From the NCBI GenBank assembly GCA_009103225.1, contig RHPI01001412.1:101840-165839 (forward strand): a DNA stretch of 64,000 nucleotides, written 5' to 3'. Origin of the DNA: Chlorokybus atmophyticus (taxonomy: Eukaryota; Plantae; Mesostigma and Chlorokybus algae). Both the position numbers and the translations under genes were made by a program. This document shows positions 23,906 through 34,879 of this stretch, piece after piece. The notes under the pieces were generated by a model. That model had not been told where the DNA came from. It made no database searches and saw only the letters and a list, made by a program, of their open reading frames with translations. The stretch's first letter is position 1; every line of letters starts with the position of its first letter.

Positions 23906-26810
23906 TTACAGCACATCTAAAATCATCTCATGATACTTGTCGGGAATTACAAAGACAGACTCCTTAATCTTTTTCCATGTCATTCTGGACGAGTTGCATC
24001 TCTCTTGCTTCTGCTTTCGGCTCTCTCGTTCCATCGGAAAACGTGCTACGCACCTCAACAGGCTAACCGATAATCTGGCAGGCTTTTGTGGCTGAGGCGG
24101 TAGGAAACATAGGTACCTCCTGGAATATTCTGCCGCTGTCACAATCGAGTCATCAACTCTGCGGAAGTAGACTCCTGTGACGTATAGTGTGTCTGCAGGT
24201 ATGATGACTCCATAAGCGTCGGGCCGCATAGCCGTGGATTTACTCGTGGCGACTTGTTTAGTCAATTGCAAAACCCAATAAGGTGCAGAGGCCTCATATT
24301 CATCGGAGCTCTTATCCGCAGCCACCACAAATGTGTCTCCGACGCTCAAGGAAAGCGCCAGCGCCTCCTGGTTTAAGTATAGCAACTGCACATAGCACAA
24401 GTTAGATAACGATGCTCAACCCAACGCATAAGCCTAGCACTCACATCTTGCTCAATCTCTTCTCCGTCTTCCTCGCTTGCAATCAGCTTTTGTCGTAGCC
24501 ATCTAGGAACGTGAGACTTGTTCAGGCAATGGCTGTAATCTTCGTCTAGGCAGCTGCTGAAGAAGCATGAAAACCTTCGCGAGATAAATCGGTCAACTTC
24601 TCCGGTTCCTTTTATGCATTGAAATTGTTGAGTGCCTGGTACTAAGCGATAGGAGCGCCCTGTCTTGTCATGATCTACTTCATGGAGCTCAACAAGATGC
24701 ACAAACCGCTTCTGAGCTTTGGCTTGCTCTTCACGGGCTGCGTATGATGACTCGGCTCCTCGGCTAAGCACCTGTTGCGCGTACTGAACTATAGTTGCAG
24801 CATCCACTATTTCGGCACTTTGCTCGCTGGCCCTATCCAGGTGCCGTTTCAGTGTCCCTCCTTGACCGTCATGTTCACCCTTGCCATGTTGCGGGCAAGG
24901 ATAATGCCATTCCATATGAACGGTGTTGAGCTCGTTTGCTTCTGTATGCATGGATGTCATATAAGCAGCCGGAGCGCTATATTGAGCAACTTGCGCAAAA
25001 TGGTTGGCACACTTATACTGGACTGCACAGTTGTCACTCCAGCTGATGACCTTTTGCATGTCTATCCCTCTCTCTCTGTAGTCTCTGAGAAGCCGTTTCA
25101 AGCAATGGTGAACAAAGAAGGAGTCTTTTGAAGATCATCCGATATCCAAAAATGAACATGCAATGTAAAATCCGGTAAGCCGCTGATGATCTTGTTGATC
25201 TGTTGGTAAAACTATGCCAACTTGGCATAGTTTGTCTGCTTGTTGAACAAGCAGGCTTATGAGCGTACCTCTTTGACGCGTATCGGCTGGTCGTCTGTCG
25301 ATGTCTCACCATCTACATGCTCTTCAGCGTGACGGTAGATGAGTTGCACCAAGCTCACCACGGAGCGGTTTGCGAAATGCTGCTGCATGAGCTCGTTGTT
25401 TGGCTTGAAAGCGTAATTTTCGGAGAAATCACTGATGCTGACGATCGTGCCTTGACAGAAGGTCTGTAAGCACTGCCTTTGCTGCTCCGCTTACCACTGC
25501 GACAAGAACGAATGGAGCTTGAAGTCCTTCAGCTGCTTCTGCAGGCGGCTGATAAAGTCAACAAAGGTCATGGGCTGCTTGAGAAAGTCTACTCTTGCGT
25601 ACTCGGTGGCGGCTTCACCGTTCTCCGCTTTGCCTGGTTGCATGCGCTTTACGTAGAGCCTAGGCTGTAGCAACTGATGCTTTTCTGATCGCTCTAATGG
25701 ACATGTCGGGAACTTAATCCATCCGCAGTGAGGGCAGTCTCCAGTGATGCAGAGGTGGTTGTAGTAAGCGCTGTCCGTTTCCTTAGTGCAAGAAGTACAG
25801 TCACGCAGGCCGGTGACCGATGAACCCGACAGTGGTGAGTCCAGCAAACGGCACTTGGTGTAAAGTTGACATCTGCAGCGGTGTCGGCAAGTGCAGTCTT
25901 TTTTGACCTACATGCACGGCTGTTACCAGATGCATAGCTTTGATTTACACAAGCTCTTACCGTAACATTCATACCTGACACGCATCGCATGGGCATTTAC
26001 AATGCGCGTGCTTTCTCTGCCGGAACTGAGACAAAGCCATCACAAGCTCTTTCATCTCAGTATGCTGCGAACATACGCACACATGTCGAACGTCGCGTCC
26101 TCCTACATAGTATGGCTTGACCTTCTAAAAAACTCGTTGATGCACGTCGATAAGTGGGTTCTCAGCTCGGAACTTCAAGTAAAGTGCCGTTTGTGTCGTG
26201 CCTTCTAAAAAACGCTTGGTGACATACTCGCCAGCTAATCGTTTACCAGTGGACATACGCAACAACATCTTATCACGCTTGCATGCAGACTCTCTGGTGT
26301 TGAGGATCCAAAAGTCCTCGATCTGTTGAAAAATCTGCGGTGTCACCTTGTCTTTGCGTGCACGACGCCCTTGAGTGCTCCAGTCGTCCAGGTACGTTAC
26401 TTCTTGATAAAACCTTTGACGACGTATCTTGAGCACTGAAGCAACCTCCAAAATTCGCACCGACCTGCTGTCGCCAATTGCTGATCTTGCCGCTTTCATC
26501 AGAACATTCCTTGCCGTTCTATGCGCATTGGAGCGGGAGCTCTTGATGCTGTTGTATGCCGACTTGAACATGTTAGATATCGTTCTGTAGGCAGGAGCTC
26601 TTTTGACGACTTCCAAATAGCTATCTTGAGCGACGGCTGCTGCATTCTTGGGTGCTTTCAGCAGGGATCTCAAAATGTCTGCTTTGATGGTGTCATCTCC
26701 TTGACAGGTCTGTTCTAGTACCTCCTGCATGGCGGCAACTGACTGCTTGACCTGGTATTCCTTTGCTCTTTGTCGTCCGCGTTGAGACTGGGATCCATTA
26801 TTTGCGGACC
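23906..26810 (-). pseudogene. Sola2-like DDD transposase, spliced, disrupted
   Basis: KVKPYYV...CVCSQH; CITGDCPHCG; DFSENY (25413-25430); ISDD; WSDNCAVQYK (WSDNC 25027-25041); HGKGEHDGQGGTLKR (HGKGEHDG 24865-24888); RRFSCF..CL...C.N..HV. In-frame stops (F*KVKP at 26125-26127, QW*AEQ near 25491) and at least two frameshifts. Confidence 0.82.
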
Positions 26811-27859
26811 TGCCAGGAGATGGCAAAACTTTACCAACAACACAGGCTGTGCTGGTTTGACCGCCAAAATAGCTGACCTAACTTGAGGCTAGATTTATCC
26901 AACTACACGGGCAGTGCGGGCAAGAGGAGATGTTGTATTGTGCGCTGATGCAGGTATCATCGCAGTTGTTGGCAAACCTTATCCAACAACAACAAAGGCT
27001 ATGCCATGCTATCGACCCCAAACAAGGCGGGGTCACCGTCTTGCGGCACGCTCTATCAAAGCCTTAAGCTCAAGTCCGCGAAGTTAGTACATTTGCCAGT
27101 AGGCCAAAACGCTAGTTGGCAAATTTTGCCAACTAGCGTTTTGATGACGCTGACGTGCACAGAGCATATGGCACAACCCTTGTTTGCAGCATGCGTTATG
27201 ACCCATTTTGCCAACTTTGAAACCTTCAAGTGCATATATGGACACAGACAGCATGCAATGCACATTGCAAAAGACTGGTGGTGCCATACCTCTGGCTTTG
27301 ACTATGCACCATAGCCAGCCGCCATGCGGCCGTAGTTGAACGATAGCCTACTCCGCTGCTTGTTGTCGCACCCTTCGAAATCACAAATGTAGACGCAACA
27401 ACTGCGCACACAGCAATGCGTCACTACAGCACTGCATGTAGCGGCACCACTTGCAATTGCGTTCAACAAAGCCTACACACACATAGCAAAAACACATGCC
27501 TACCTCACACCTACCTTGCTTTCAATTGGCAACAAACAAACAGCGGACCTGCCTGGACCTGCCTAAGCGCAGCAGCATAATATGACTGCACAAGCAACGG
27601 ACGTGTACAGCAGCTGAACATCTTGACATATGGTTCGTATGTGGATGCTAGCATTCACGTTGCTCACCAGCTCTCACACACAGCTGGACCTGCCTTCGTG
27701 CAGCATAAAACGCACCTGATCCATGCAGTTCTCACCAGCCCTGCGCCAGCTCTCTCAACCGCCTAGCCAGCAGCCAGCATTGTGGCGCCACCGCCTACAT
27801 TGTGACTAAGCAAAGGAGAAGCGCACTACTCTAGCCTGGCAAAGACGACCCAGCTGACC

Positions 27860-28533
27860 CGCCGCCCTCGCCGCCGCCCCCGCCGCCACGCCCGCCGTCG
27901 CCGTAGTCGCAGTGTAAGCTAGCATGCAAGCAGAAGCTCAGCTAGCTCCGAAGCTGCTGGTAGCATGCTTAGGGTTCCTCCCCACTCCCCAACTCGCTGT
28001 TGCACACCGTGTATGCCAAGCCACCCCTCCCACACCATCAACCCAAGGCTCAACACCTCTGGCAGCAACACGCACTAGTACACATGCATTGCTCAGCTCA
28101 CAGCACACGTTGCAACTTTGCATGCCTGCCTCACGCAACTTGGGCACCACACAAGTAGGCACCCAATTTTGGCTTGCGCGTAACACCCGTAGGGTAGGAT
28201 ATAAAACTCTTGCACATGAGTTCCAATTAACATAACACTTGGCACATAAAGTCTTTATTGCAGCTGGAGCACGTTGCAAAAAAACTCATGCAGAATAATC
28301 AACCGATGCAATTGTTATTACGAACAAAAGTTTGGGGTTATTTAGCGAAGGTCATTACGTAGCACCCTGGTATGTCACATGCAGCTTGTGCAAATGATGT
28401 TAATATAACATGAAATGAGAAATAGACTCTTCATTGCATCAGAAATACGGTGCTGTGGTCGGTGACAACGGCGGCGACGGCGGCGTGGGCGACGGCGGCG
28501 TGGGCGACGGGGGCGAGGTGCGGGCGGTGAGCA
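27860..28533. promoter_or_regulatory. Putative bidirectional promoter/leader region between the divergent transposase and cargo genes
   Basis: Mirror-image GC-rich GGCGGCGAC/GGCGTGG tracts: minus strand about 27860-27905, plus strand about 28467-28528, the latter just before the cargo ATG at 28534. Confidence 0.45.
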
Positions 28534-29641
28534 ATGATGGGGCGACCCAAGCAAAAAGCTGCGAAGGACAGCCAAAAGGAGGCCAGTCAAGCCACCGAGG
28601 AAACGACGATAATAAGGTGAGTTGTTAAGCTGTTTAGCTTTGTTGCGTAGCAGCTTGGTTGTTAGCTGTTGTAGCTTTAGACAGCAGAAGTTGCTATGCA
28701 CAACTGTTCCAAAGCATCAGCTACTACTAACGTCTTCTAGCAGAGTTGCCAGCAGCACAAACATGCATGTCCGTGCTACTGGCAACTCTGCGGCAACATG
28801 CATGTCCGTTGCTGCTTGACAACTTGTTCAATGCAGCAGAGTTGTCAAGTAGCAATGCCTGGGTTTGTAATTGGTTTGTAATTGAACCCTTCTGCTGTTC
28901 ACTGCTGCTCACAACTTGTTGTATTAATTGCAGCAGAGTTGCCAGCAGCACGGACATGCATGTTGCTGCTAACAACATGCCTGTTCGCTGCTGCTTGACA
29001 ACTTGACAAATTCAGATTGGTGTATGCTTTGTACATGTTGTCGCAAGCACGCAGCACGCATATGTTTTGCTAGACAGAGCTGCATACAGCTGCTGGTGCA
29101 TGTGGTGCAGCCGAATTGCCAACATCACAGCATGGACACGCGGTGCTGCTGGCAATTCCGCAACATGTGTGCAACAGTTGAATGTGTGCATGTCAGGAGA
29201 GAGGGTGTGCCCCTCCTCCCTTTAATCCCCTACCCCAACACCACCACCAGCCTCGCCGCCGCCGCCGCCACTGCCGGGGCAGTTGCCAGAGCAAAAGATG
29301 CTCTGGCTATGGCGGCCGCTGCGTTAGCAGCGCCGCCATGCAGCTGATATCTCATGTCTCATGTCGATATCAGTGTTATAGTTAAGTAACACTACATTAG
29401 GGCCTTAACACTAGGTTAACGGCCCTAATAAGGCTTAATAGGCTGTATAATCCCGTTGGGACCCTTATTTAATCCTAAATAAGGGCGGGGAACCTCTATG
29501 GAGGTAGCACACCGTTACATTCCCCCCCACTTAGGTTTCAATGTCCTCATTGAAGGGTTAGCAAAGCCCCATCACGAGTCACAAAACGAAAGCAGTGAGA
29601 GAACCAGGGCCGAAGCGGTAAAGATGTCTGCCAGCACCCTT

Positions 29642-32600
29642 TTACCGTTCGCGTGTGGACACAGTACTCCAGTACCCCCGAAGAACCTCTTGGCAGTTGG
29701 TAAGATTCCTTTCGGGCTCCCATGTATTGTGTTCAACACCATACCCTTTCCATTTCACCAAGTAGGACGGCGCGCGTCCGCGTCGAGGCTTACGGTGACT
29801 TAGGATTGCTTCCACCTCATACTCAAATGTATTGTCACCATCCACTGCGACTGGGGGTGGAGGAGGTTGAACCCGACCGTCTGATCGGTACGGTTTCAGT
29901 ACACTCACATGAAACACATTGTGAATTCGTATCGACATTGGTAAATCCAAACGATACGCGTGAGTGCCGACCCGATCAATCACTTTGAAAGGGCCTATCC
30001 AGCGAGGGAAAAACTTGCGGGTACCCACTCCCTTGATGGATACGTTTTTGGTACTTAAAAGCACCGAACAGCCCACATCGTAGGTGGCCTCTCTACGATG
30101 CGCATCAGCTTGGGCTTTTTGTCTGTCTTGCGCTGCGCGCAGACAGTCTTTTGCCAACGCTAACCTATCCTGCATGGCCGAAGCCATCTCGCGCGCTGCA
30201 GGTACGCGAGTTATATCGGTTGCGGGCAATTTTAAATTCGCAGGACTCAGTGGATGCACGCCGTAATTCAAGAAGAACGGAGTCTCCTGCACACTCTCTT
30301 GCCATGCATTATTGATCGCAAATTCAGCCATTGGGAGATAAATATCCCAATCACTCTGATTCGGGCTCACATAATGCCGGATGGTTTCCTCAATCACTTG
30401 ATTGGCGCGTTCTGTTTGACCATCCGTCTGTGGATGGTAAGCAGTGCTCATGTTCTGCTGAATGTGTAAGAAGCTGCATAGCGACTTCCAAAACTGAGCC
30501 ACAAATCGCGGATCGCGATCTGACACGAAGTTGCGGGGCAAGCCATGCAACTTGAACACAGACGCGACAAAAACCATCGCCAACTCACGGGAGCCTATCT
30601 CCGTGCGACAAGGGACAATGTGGACCATTTTTGTTAAACGATCCACGAAAACTGCAACCGCAGTGTGACCTAATGCTGTCTCTGGGAGCTCAGTAATTAA
30701 GTCCATACTCACACTTTCCCATTTGCCATCAGGAACAGGCAAAGGTCGCAGCAACCCAGCGGGTTTCTGACGTAACGGCTTGTCACGCTGACATTTGTCA
30801 CAGGTGTCAACATAACGCTTTACGTCAACAGGCAACGATGGCCACCAGTACAGCTGTTGCGCTGCCTTGGTAGTCTTGCGATTTCCAAAGTGCCCAGCGT
30901 ACGGTGGGTCGTGTACATCAGCTATGCATTGCATGCGTAGCCCAGCATGGTCAGGTATCACCAAGCTAGCACCCATATAATACAAGTTGTCTCGTGCTTC
31001 AAGCTGTTGTATATTCTCTTGCCGTGAGAACCATGGGTCTAAGGAATACCCATGCAAAACAGATTGCACAAATGCATCATTAGCGGGCAATGTAACTTGC
31101 GTCGCAAGCAATTGCGCACGCATAACTGCCAATAATGACGGACAGCGACTTAAAGGATCTGCCACATTAGTTCTGCCAGGCCGATATACCCATTCAAAAG
31201 TAAATCGCGACAGAAACTCATTCCAGCGAGCTTGCCTACGTGACAAGGTCAGCTGCGTTGAGAAGTATACTAATGGGTTGTGATCAGTCACCACTGTGAA
31301 CTGAACTCCCTCTAAGTAACATCGCCAAGTTTCGAGAGCATGTACGACACCAAGCAACTCTTGCTCAGTAGTAGTGTAGTTTACCTCCGCTGGGATAAAC
31401 TTCCTACTTTCATAAGCACATGGTCTGCCGTCTTGCAGTAGTACTGCACCACACCCAAGGGTGGAAGCATCACTGACCACAGTGAAATGTTTATCCCAAT
31501 TTGGCAATGCCAATACTGGAGCTGAAGTTAATGCTAACTTCACTTGTTGCATAGCAGCTTCTTGGTCTGACGTCCAAGAAAATGGCGCGTCCTTTCGCAA
31601 CAATTTAGTCAAGGGCATTACAACTGTAGAATAACCCATCATAAATTTGCGAAAATAATTTGCCAATCCCAAAAATGATCTCAGTTGATGAATATTTTTG
31701 GGTTGAGGCCAATTCTTGACAACTTGCACCTTGCGAGGGTCAGGCTTTACACCCGCACCACTCACAACATGTCCCAAGAATGGTAACTCCGATTTGCAAA
31801 AGTCACATTTTGCAAGGCTGGCAAATAAATGATGCTTCCGCAACAAAGTAAACACCGCTTCTAAGTGTTGCTTATGTTCCTCTTTGGTTTTACTAAAGAC
31901 AATAATGTCATCCAAGTAAACCATAACATACTTGCCAAGTATATTACCGAAAATTTTATTCATTTCCTTCTGAAACACAGCAGGCGCATTCGTCAATCCA
32001 AAGGGTAGCACTTTGTATTGATAATGGCCCGAAGGTGTTCTGAAAGCTGTCTTATAGACATCAGCGGAATGAATTCGGATCTGATGATATCCACTTGTCA
32101 GGTCTAATGTACTGAAGTATGCATTACCTGATAGTTTATCAAACACGTCATCAATCCGTGGCAACGGGTATCGATTTTTCACCGTGATTTTGTTTAAAGC
32201 ACGATAGTCCACACACATGCGCAATTTTCCATTCTTTTTCATCACAAATAGGATGGGTGCGCCAAAGGGTGAAGAACTTGGTTCAATCAATCCTTTTTCC
32301 AATAACTCCTTGATTTGTGTTTCCATTTCCCCCCTTTCTCTAGGGCTTAGCCTATATATTGGCCGAAAAGGAGGATCACTATCAGGAATTAATGGTATAG
32401 TGTGTCCGACACCTCGGTCAGGAGGCAAGCCCGGCAACTCATCTGAGAACACATCTTGATATTCCTCAATGAGGTCTGCCACACCTTCAGTACTACCCGG
32501 CGCAATGTCATCTGATGAAGACAAATGTACCAGAAAAGCCGGTGTGTTTTTGCGCAACGCACGTTTCACCTGTAGTGCCGTGAGTAACGCAGGGTCGGGT

Positions 32601-33412
32601 TGCTTGAATTCCAAGCTATGCGACCCTTTCACAGACAATGTAATCCGCTTACCGCCTTTCTTTACTGTGCACAAGCGTGCACCCGTATCCAATGTCATTG
32701 TGACATTATTTTGCCATTCTTGGCCTAGTACCACATCAACACCAGATATGTTGATTGCTACTACTATAAAGGCAAGATTGGCATAATAATTACCAATTTT
32801 AACCTTCAATTTTACTTCTCCCGTCACTGGCAATGTACCCCCAGCACCGGCAGCCGAAAATGCTGAGGGTTTGCGCATGATTTTATTGCGCGCAACCCAT
32901 TGCTCGTCCACGAAGTTGTGTGTCGCACCAGTGTCAATCAAAAACGAGCTATTCACACCTTGCATTGTGCCACTGAATGTCCACAACAAAGGTACCACTC
33001 GTCCTTGAAAGGTAGCCAAGAATCCGTGACTAATGCGGGGGTTGATTAATATTGCTGATAATCGAATTGTCCCAGTCTCGCGCTTGGTGAATTGTTTTAA
33101 AACAGTACCCCCTCGAGTATACTTCAACCATGGGCCATGATATTTTGGCACCATTGCTACCACACTCAGGGATCTGTGTTTACATTGCAATTCACTCAAT
33201 GTGTGCAACACGTCGGTAAGCATGTTAAATTTCACATGTACCAGTACACAAGTATTTGCTTCCACTGTTGCAACATCAAACAGTGGTAACTTGTGATGTG
33301 TTTGCCATGCATGCGTCATTACATGCATTTGAGACAGATTATCAAACCAGTTAACTGCTTGTATCTCAAGCAACTGACTATCAACCTTTGCTACATCAGC
33401 CACAGCGTAATC
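29642..33412 (-). CDS. pol of chromovirus copy B
   Basis: Open frame identical to the copy A Pol except R/G in SIK[R/G]VGTRK. Confidence 0.96.
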   Translation of the reverse strand, partial: DYAVADVAKVDSQLLEIQAVNWFDNLSQMHVMTHAWQTHHKLPLFDVATVEANTCVLVHVKFNMLTDVLHTLSELQCKHRSLSVVAMVPKYHGPWLKYTRGGTVLKQFTKRETGTIRLSAILINPRISHGFLATFQGRVVPLLWTFSGTMQGVNSSFLIDTGATHNFVDEQWVARNKIMRKPSAFSAAGAGGTLPVTGEVKLKVKIGNYYANLAFIVVAINISGVDVVLGQEWQNNVTMTLDTGARLCTVKKGGKRITLSVKGSHSLEFKQPDPALLTALQVKRALRKNTPAFLVHLSSSDDIAPGSTEGVADLIEEYQDVFSDELPGLPPDRGVGHTIPLIPDSDPPFRPIYRLSPRERGEMETQIKELLEKGLIEPSSSPFGAPILFVMKKNGKLRMCVDYRALNKITVKNRYPLPRIDDVFDKLSGNAYFSTLDLTSGYHQIRIHSADVYKTAFRTPSGHYQYKVLPFGLTNAPAVFQKEMNKIFGNILGKYVMVYLDDIIVFSKTKEEHKQHLEAVFTLLRKHHLFASLAKCDFCKSELPFLGHVVSGAGVKPDPRKVQVVKNWPQPKNIHQLRSFLGLANYFRKFMMGYSTVVMPLTKLLRKDAPFSWTSDQEAAMQQVKLALTSAPVLALPNWDKHFTVVSDASTLGCGAVLLQDGRPCAYESRKFIPAEVNYTTTEQELLGVVHALETWRCYLEGVQFTVVTDHNPLVYFSTQLTLSRRQARWNEFLSRFTFEWVYRPGRTNVADPLSRCPSLLAVMRAQLLATQVTLPANDAFVQSVLHGYSLDPWFSRQENIQQLEARDNLYYMGASLVIPDHAGLRMQCIADVHDPPYAGHFGNRKTTKAAQQLYWWPSLPVDVKRYVDTCDKCQRDKPLRQKPAGLLRPLPVPDGKWESVSMDLITELPETALGHTAVAVFVDRLTKMVHIVPCRTEIGSRELAMVFVASVFKLHGLPRNFVSDRDPRFVAQFWKSLCSFLHIQQNMSTAYHPQTDGQTERANQVIEETIRHYVSPNQSDWDIYLPMAEFAINNAWQESVQETPFFLNYGVHPLSPANLKLPATDITRVPAAREMASAMQDRLALAKDCLRAAQDRQKAQADAHRREATYDVGCSVLLSTKNVSIKGVGTRKFFPRWIGPFKVIDRVGTHAYRLDLPMSIRIHNVFHVSVLKPYRSDGRVQPPPPPVAVDGDNTFEYEVEAILSHRKPRRGRAPSYLVKWKGYGVEHNTWEPERNLTNCQEVLRGYWSTVSTRER

Positions 33413-34879
33413 CTATTCAACCTTCTTGGCTTTGCCCTTCGCCTTCGTAGGACAGGCCTTTGCAACGTGACCCGGCTGATGGCAGATGAAACAGGTGCGA
33501 GCTGCAGTAGGTGCATTACCAGCAGACGTACCACCAATTCGAGGAGCGAATGTCTTCGCTTTCTTCGCCACATGTACACTCGGCGGAGGATAGCGCTTTA
33601 TTCCCCCCCCTTGCGGCTTGGCCATAGCTGTCACGTTCGACTTTTCCTGCACGACCGTGTCATCATTGTACAGGTAAACACTTAGCTTTTGCAGCTTGGC
33701 CAAGTCATCAGGAACCCAAGGAAGCCCCGTTGCAGTGTTGTACTGCAGCTGATCGCGAACACGCGCATCCAAGCCACGCTTGTACAACTCGAACTGCTCA
33801 GCTTTGTCCATAGGCATCAGGCCGCTATTGGCACGACCAACTAATGCTTGGAACTCCTGCAGATACACTGATGCTGCTCGACCATTCTGTCGCAACTTGC
33901 TAAGTTTGTTACGAGCCTGAGTAGCCGGATCCATGCCACCATAGCGCTCCATCAGAAACTGAAACAGTGCTGGTACTGTCTTCACAGCGCCATGCTCTGT
34001 TTGTCGTGCCCACTCGGCGAGAGCATCAGATGGCATAAGCAACTCAGCAACGGCAACGTGCTCACCCACCGGGCGCTTTAGCGCTGTCAGGTAATGTTCG
34101 ACAGTCACCACCCAATCATGGATACTTACACTACCGTTAGGCTTGAACTTTTCAGGTTTGTTCAATGCCGTAACCGGCAGCCCCACTGATGCGCCAACTG
34201 ATGAAGCAGCACCCGCTACTTGCTGACGCAGCGCCATCAACTCAGATTGCATCGCATCGAGGCGTGCCTCCAACTTCACTCGGCCAGCCAACTTATTTTC
34301 CAAGTTAGGTCCCAAGTACCAGAACACATCCTTGCAACGCTGCTGCGTTTCAACCATCAAGTTGGCTAAGGCCTCAAACGCCATCCGCTTCCCTTCGTAT
34401 GGGAGCGGCCTATCGTAGACGGCCATCAGAGCAGCCACTTTTGGATCACCACGCACGAGTGGCGGAACATTGTTCGTCAACTCGTGCTCAATCATGCGGA
34501 TCACCATCTCCTTACTAGTGCGAGGGAGAGTGGCAAAATCTGTTTCATAGCCATTACGAACCTTCTGCGCCCATGCATCCCACACTTCTTGACGAAGCTG
34601 CGGGTGGGCGTCAAGTAAAGTCTTGCGCTCGCGCGCATACTTTTCAATGGCTCCGCCAATGACACTCGGTGTGTCCATTACAGCTGGCTCACTGTGGGTA
34701 GACAGGTCGGGGGAAGCTTCGCTATCTTGCTTAGCCTCTTCTTCCTTGTCACTGTCAGTGAGCTTATAGCTCTCACTCGTGTCCGAGTCCCTCACTTTGT
34801 CATCACTGGATGGCTCATATGAGGATGATGAATCAGGGACGGTGAAGTACTTTTCACCTCCCTCTCCTTGGTCAGACAT
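33413..34879 (-). CDS. gag of chromovirus copy B (from MSDQGEG)
   Basis: ATG present; capsid-like WVVTVEHYL..., CCHC knuckle; ends in a TAG in frame with pol. Confidence 0.92.
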   Translation of the reverse strand: MSDQGEGGEKYFTVPDSSSSYEPSSDDKVRDSDTSESYKLTDSDKEEEAKQDSEASPDLSTHSEPAVMDTPSVIGGAIEKYARERKTLLDAHPQLRQEVWDAWAQKVRNGYETDFATLPRTSKEMVIRMIEHELTNNVPPLVRGDPKVAALMAVYDRPLPYEGKRMAFEALANLMVETQQRCKDVFWYLGPNLENKLAGRVKLEARLDAMQSELMALRQQVAGAASSVGASVGLPVTALNKPEKFKPNGSVSIHDWVVTVEHYLTALKRPVGEHVAVAELLMPSDALAEWARQTEHGAVKTVPALFQFLMERYGGMDPATQARNKLSKLRQNGRAASVYLQEFQALVGRANSGLMPMDKAEQFELYKRGLDARVRDQLQYNTATGLPWVPDDLAKLQKLSVYLYNDDTVVQEKSNVTAMAKPQGGGIKRYPPPSVHVAKKAKTFAPRIGGTSAGNAPTAARTCFICHQPGHVAKACPTKAKGKAKKVE

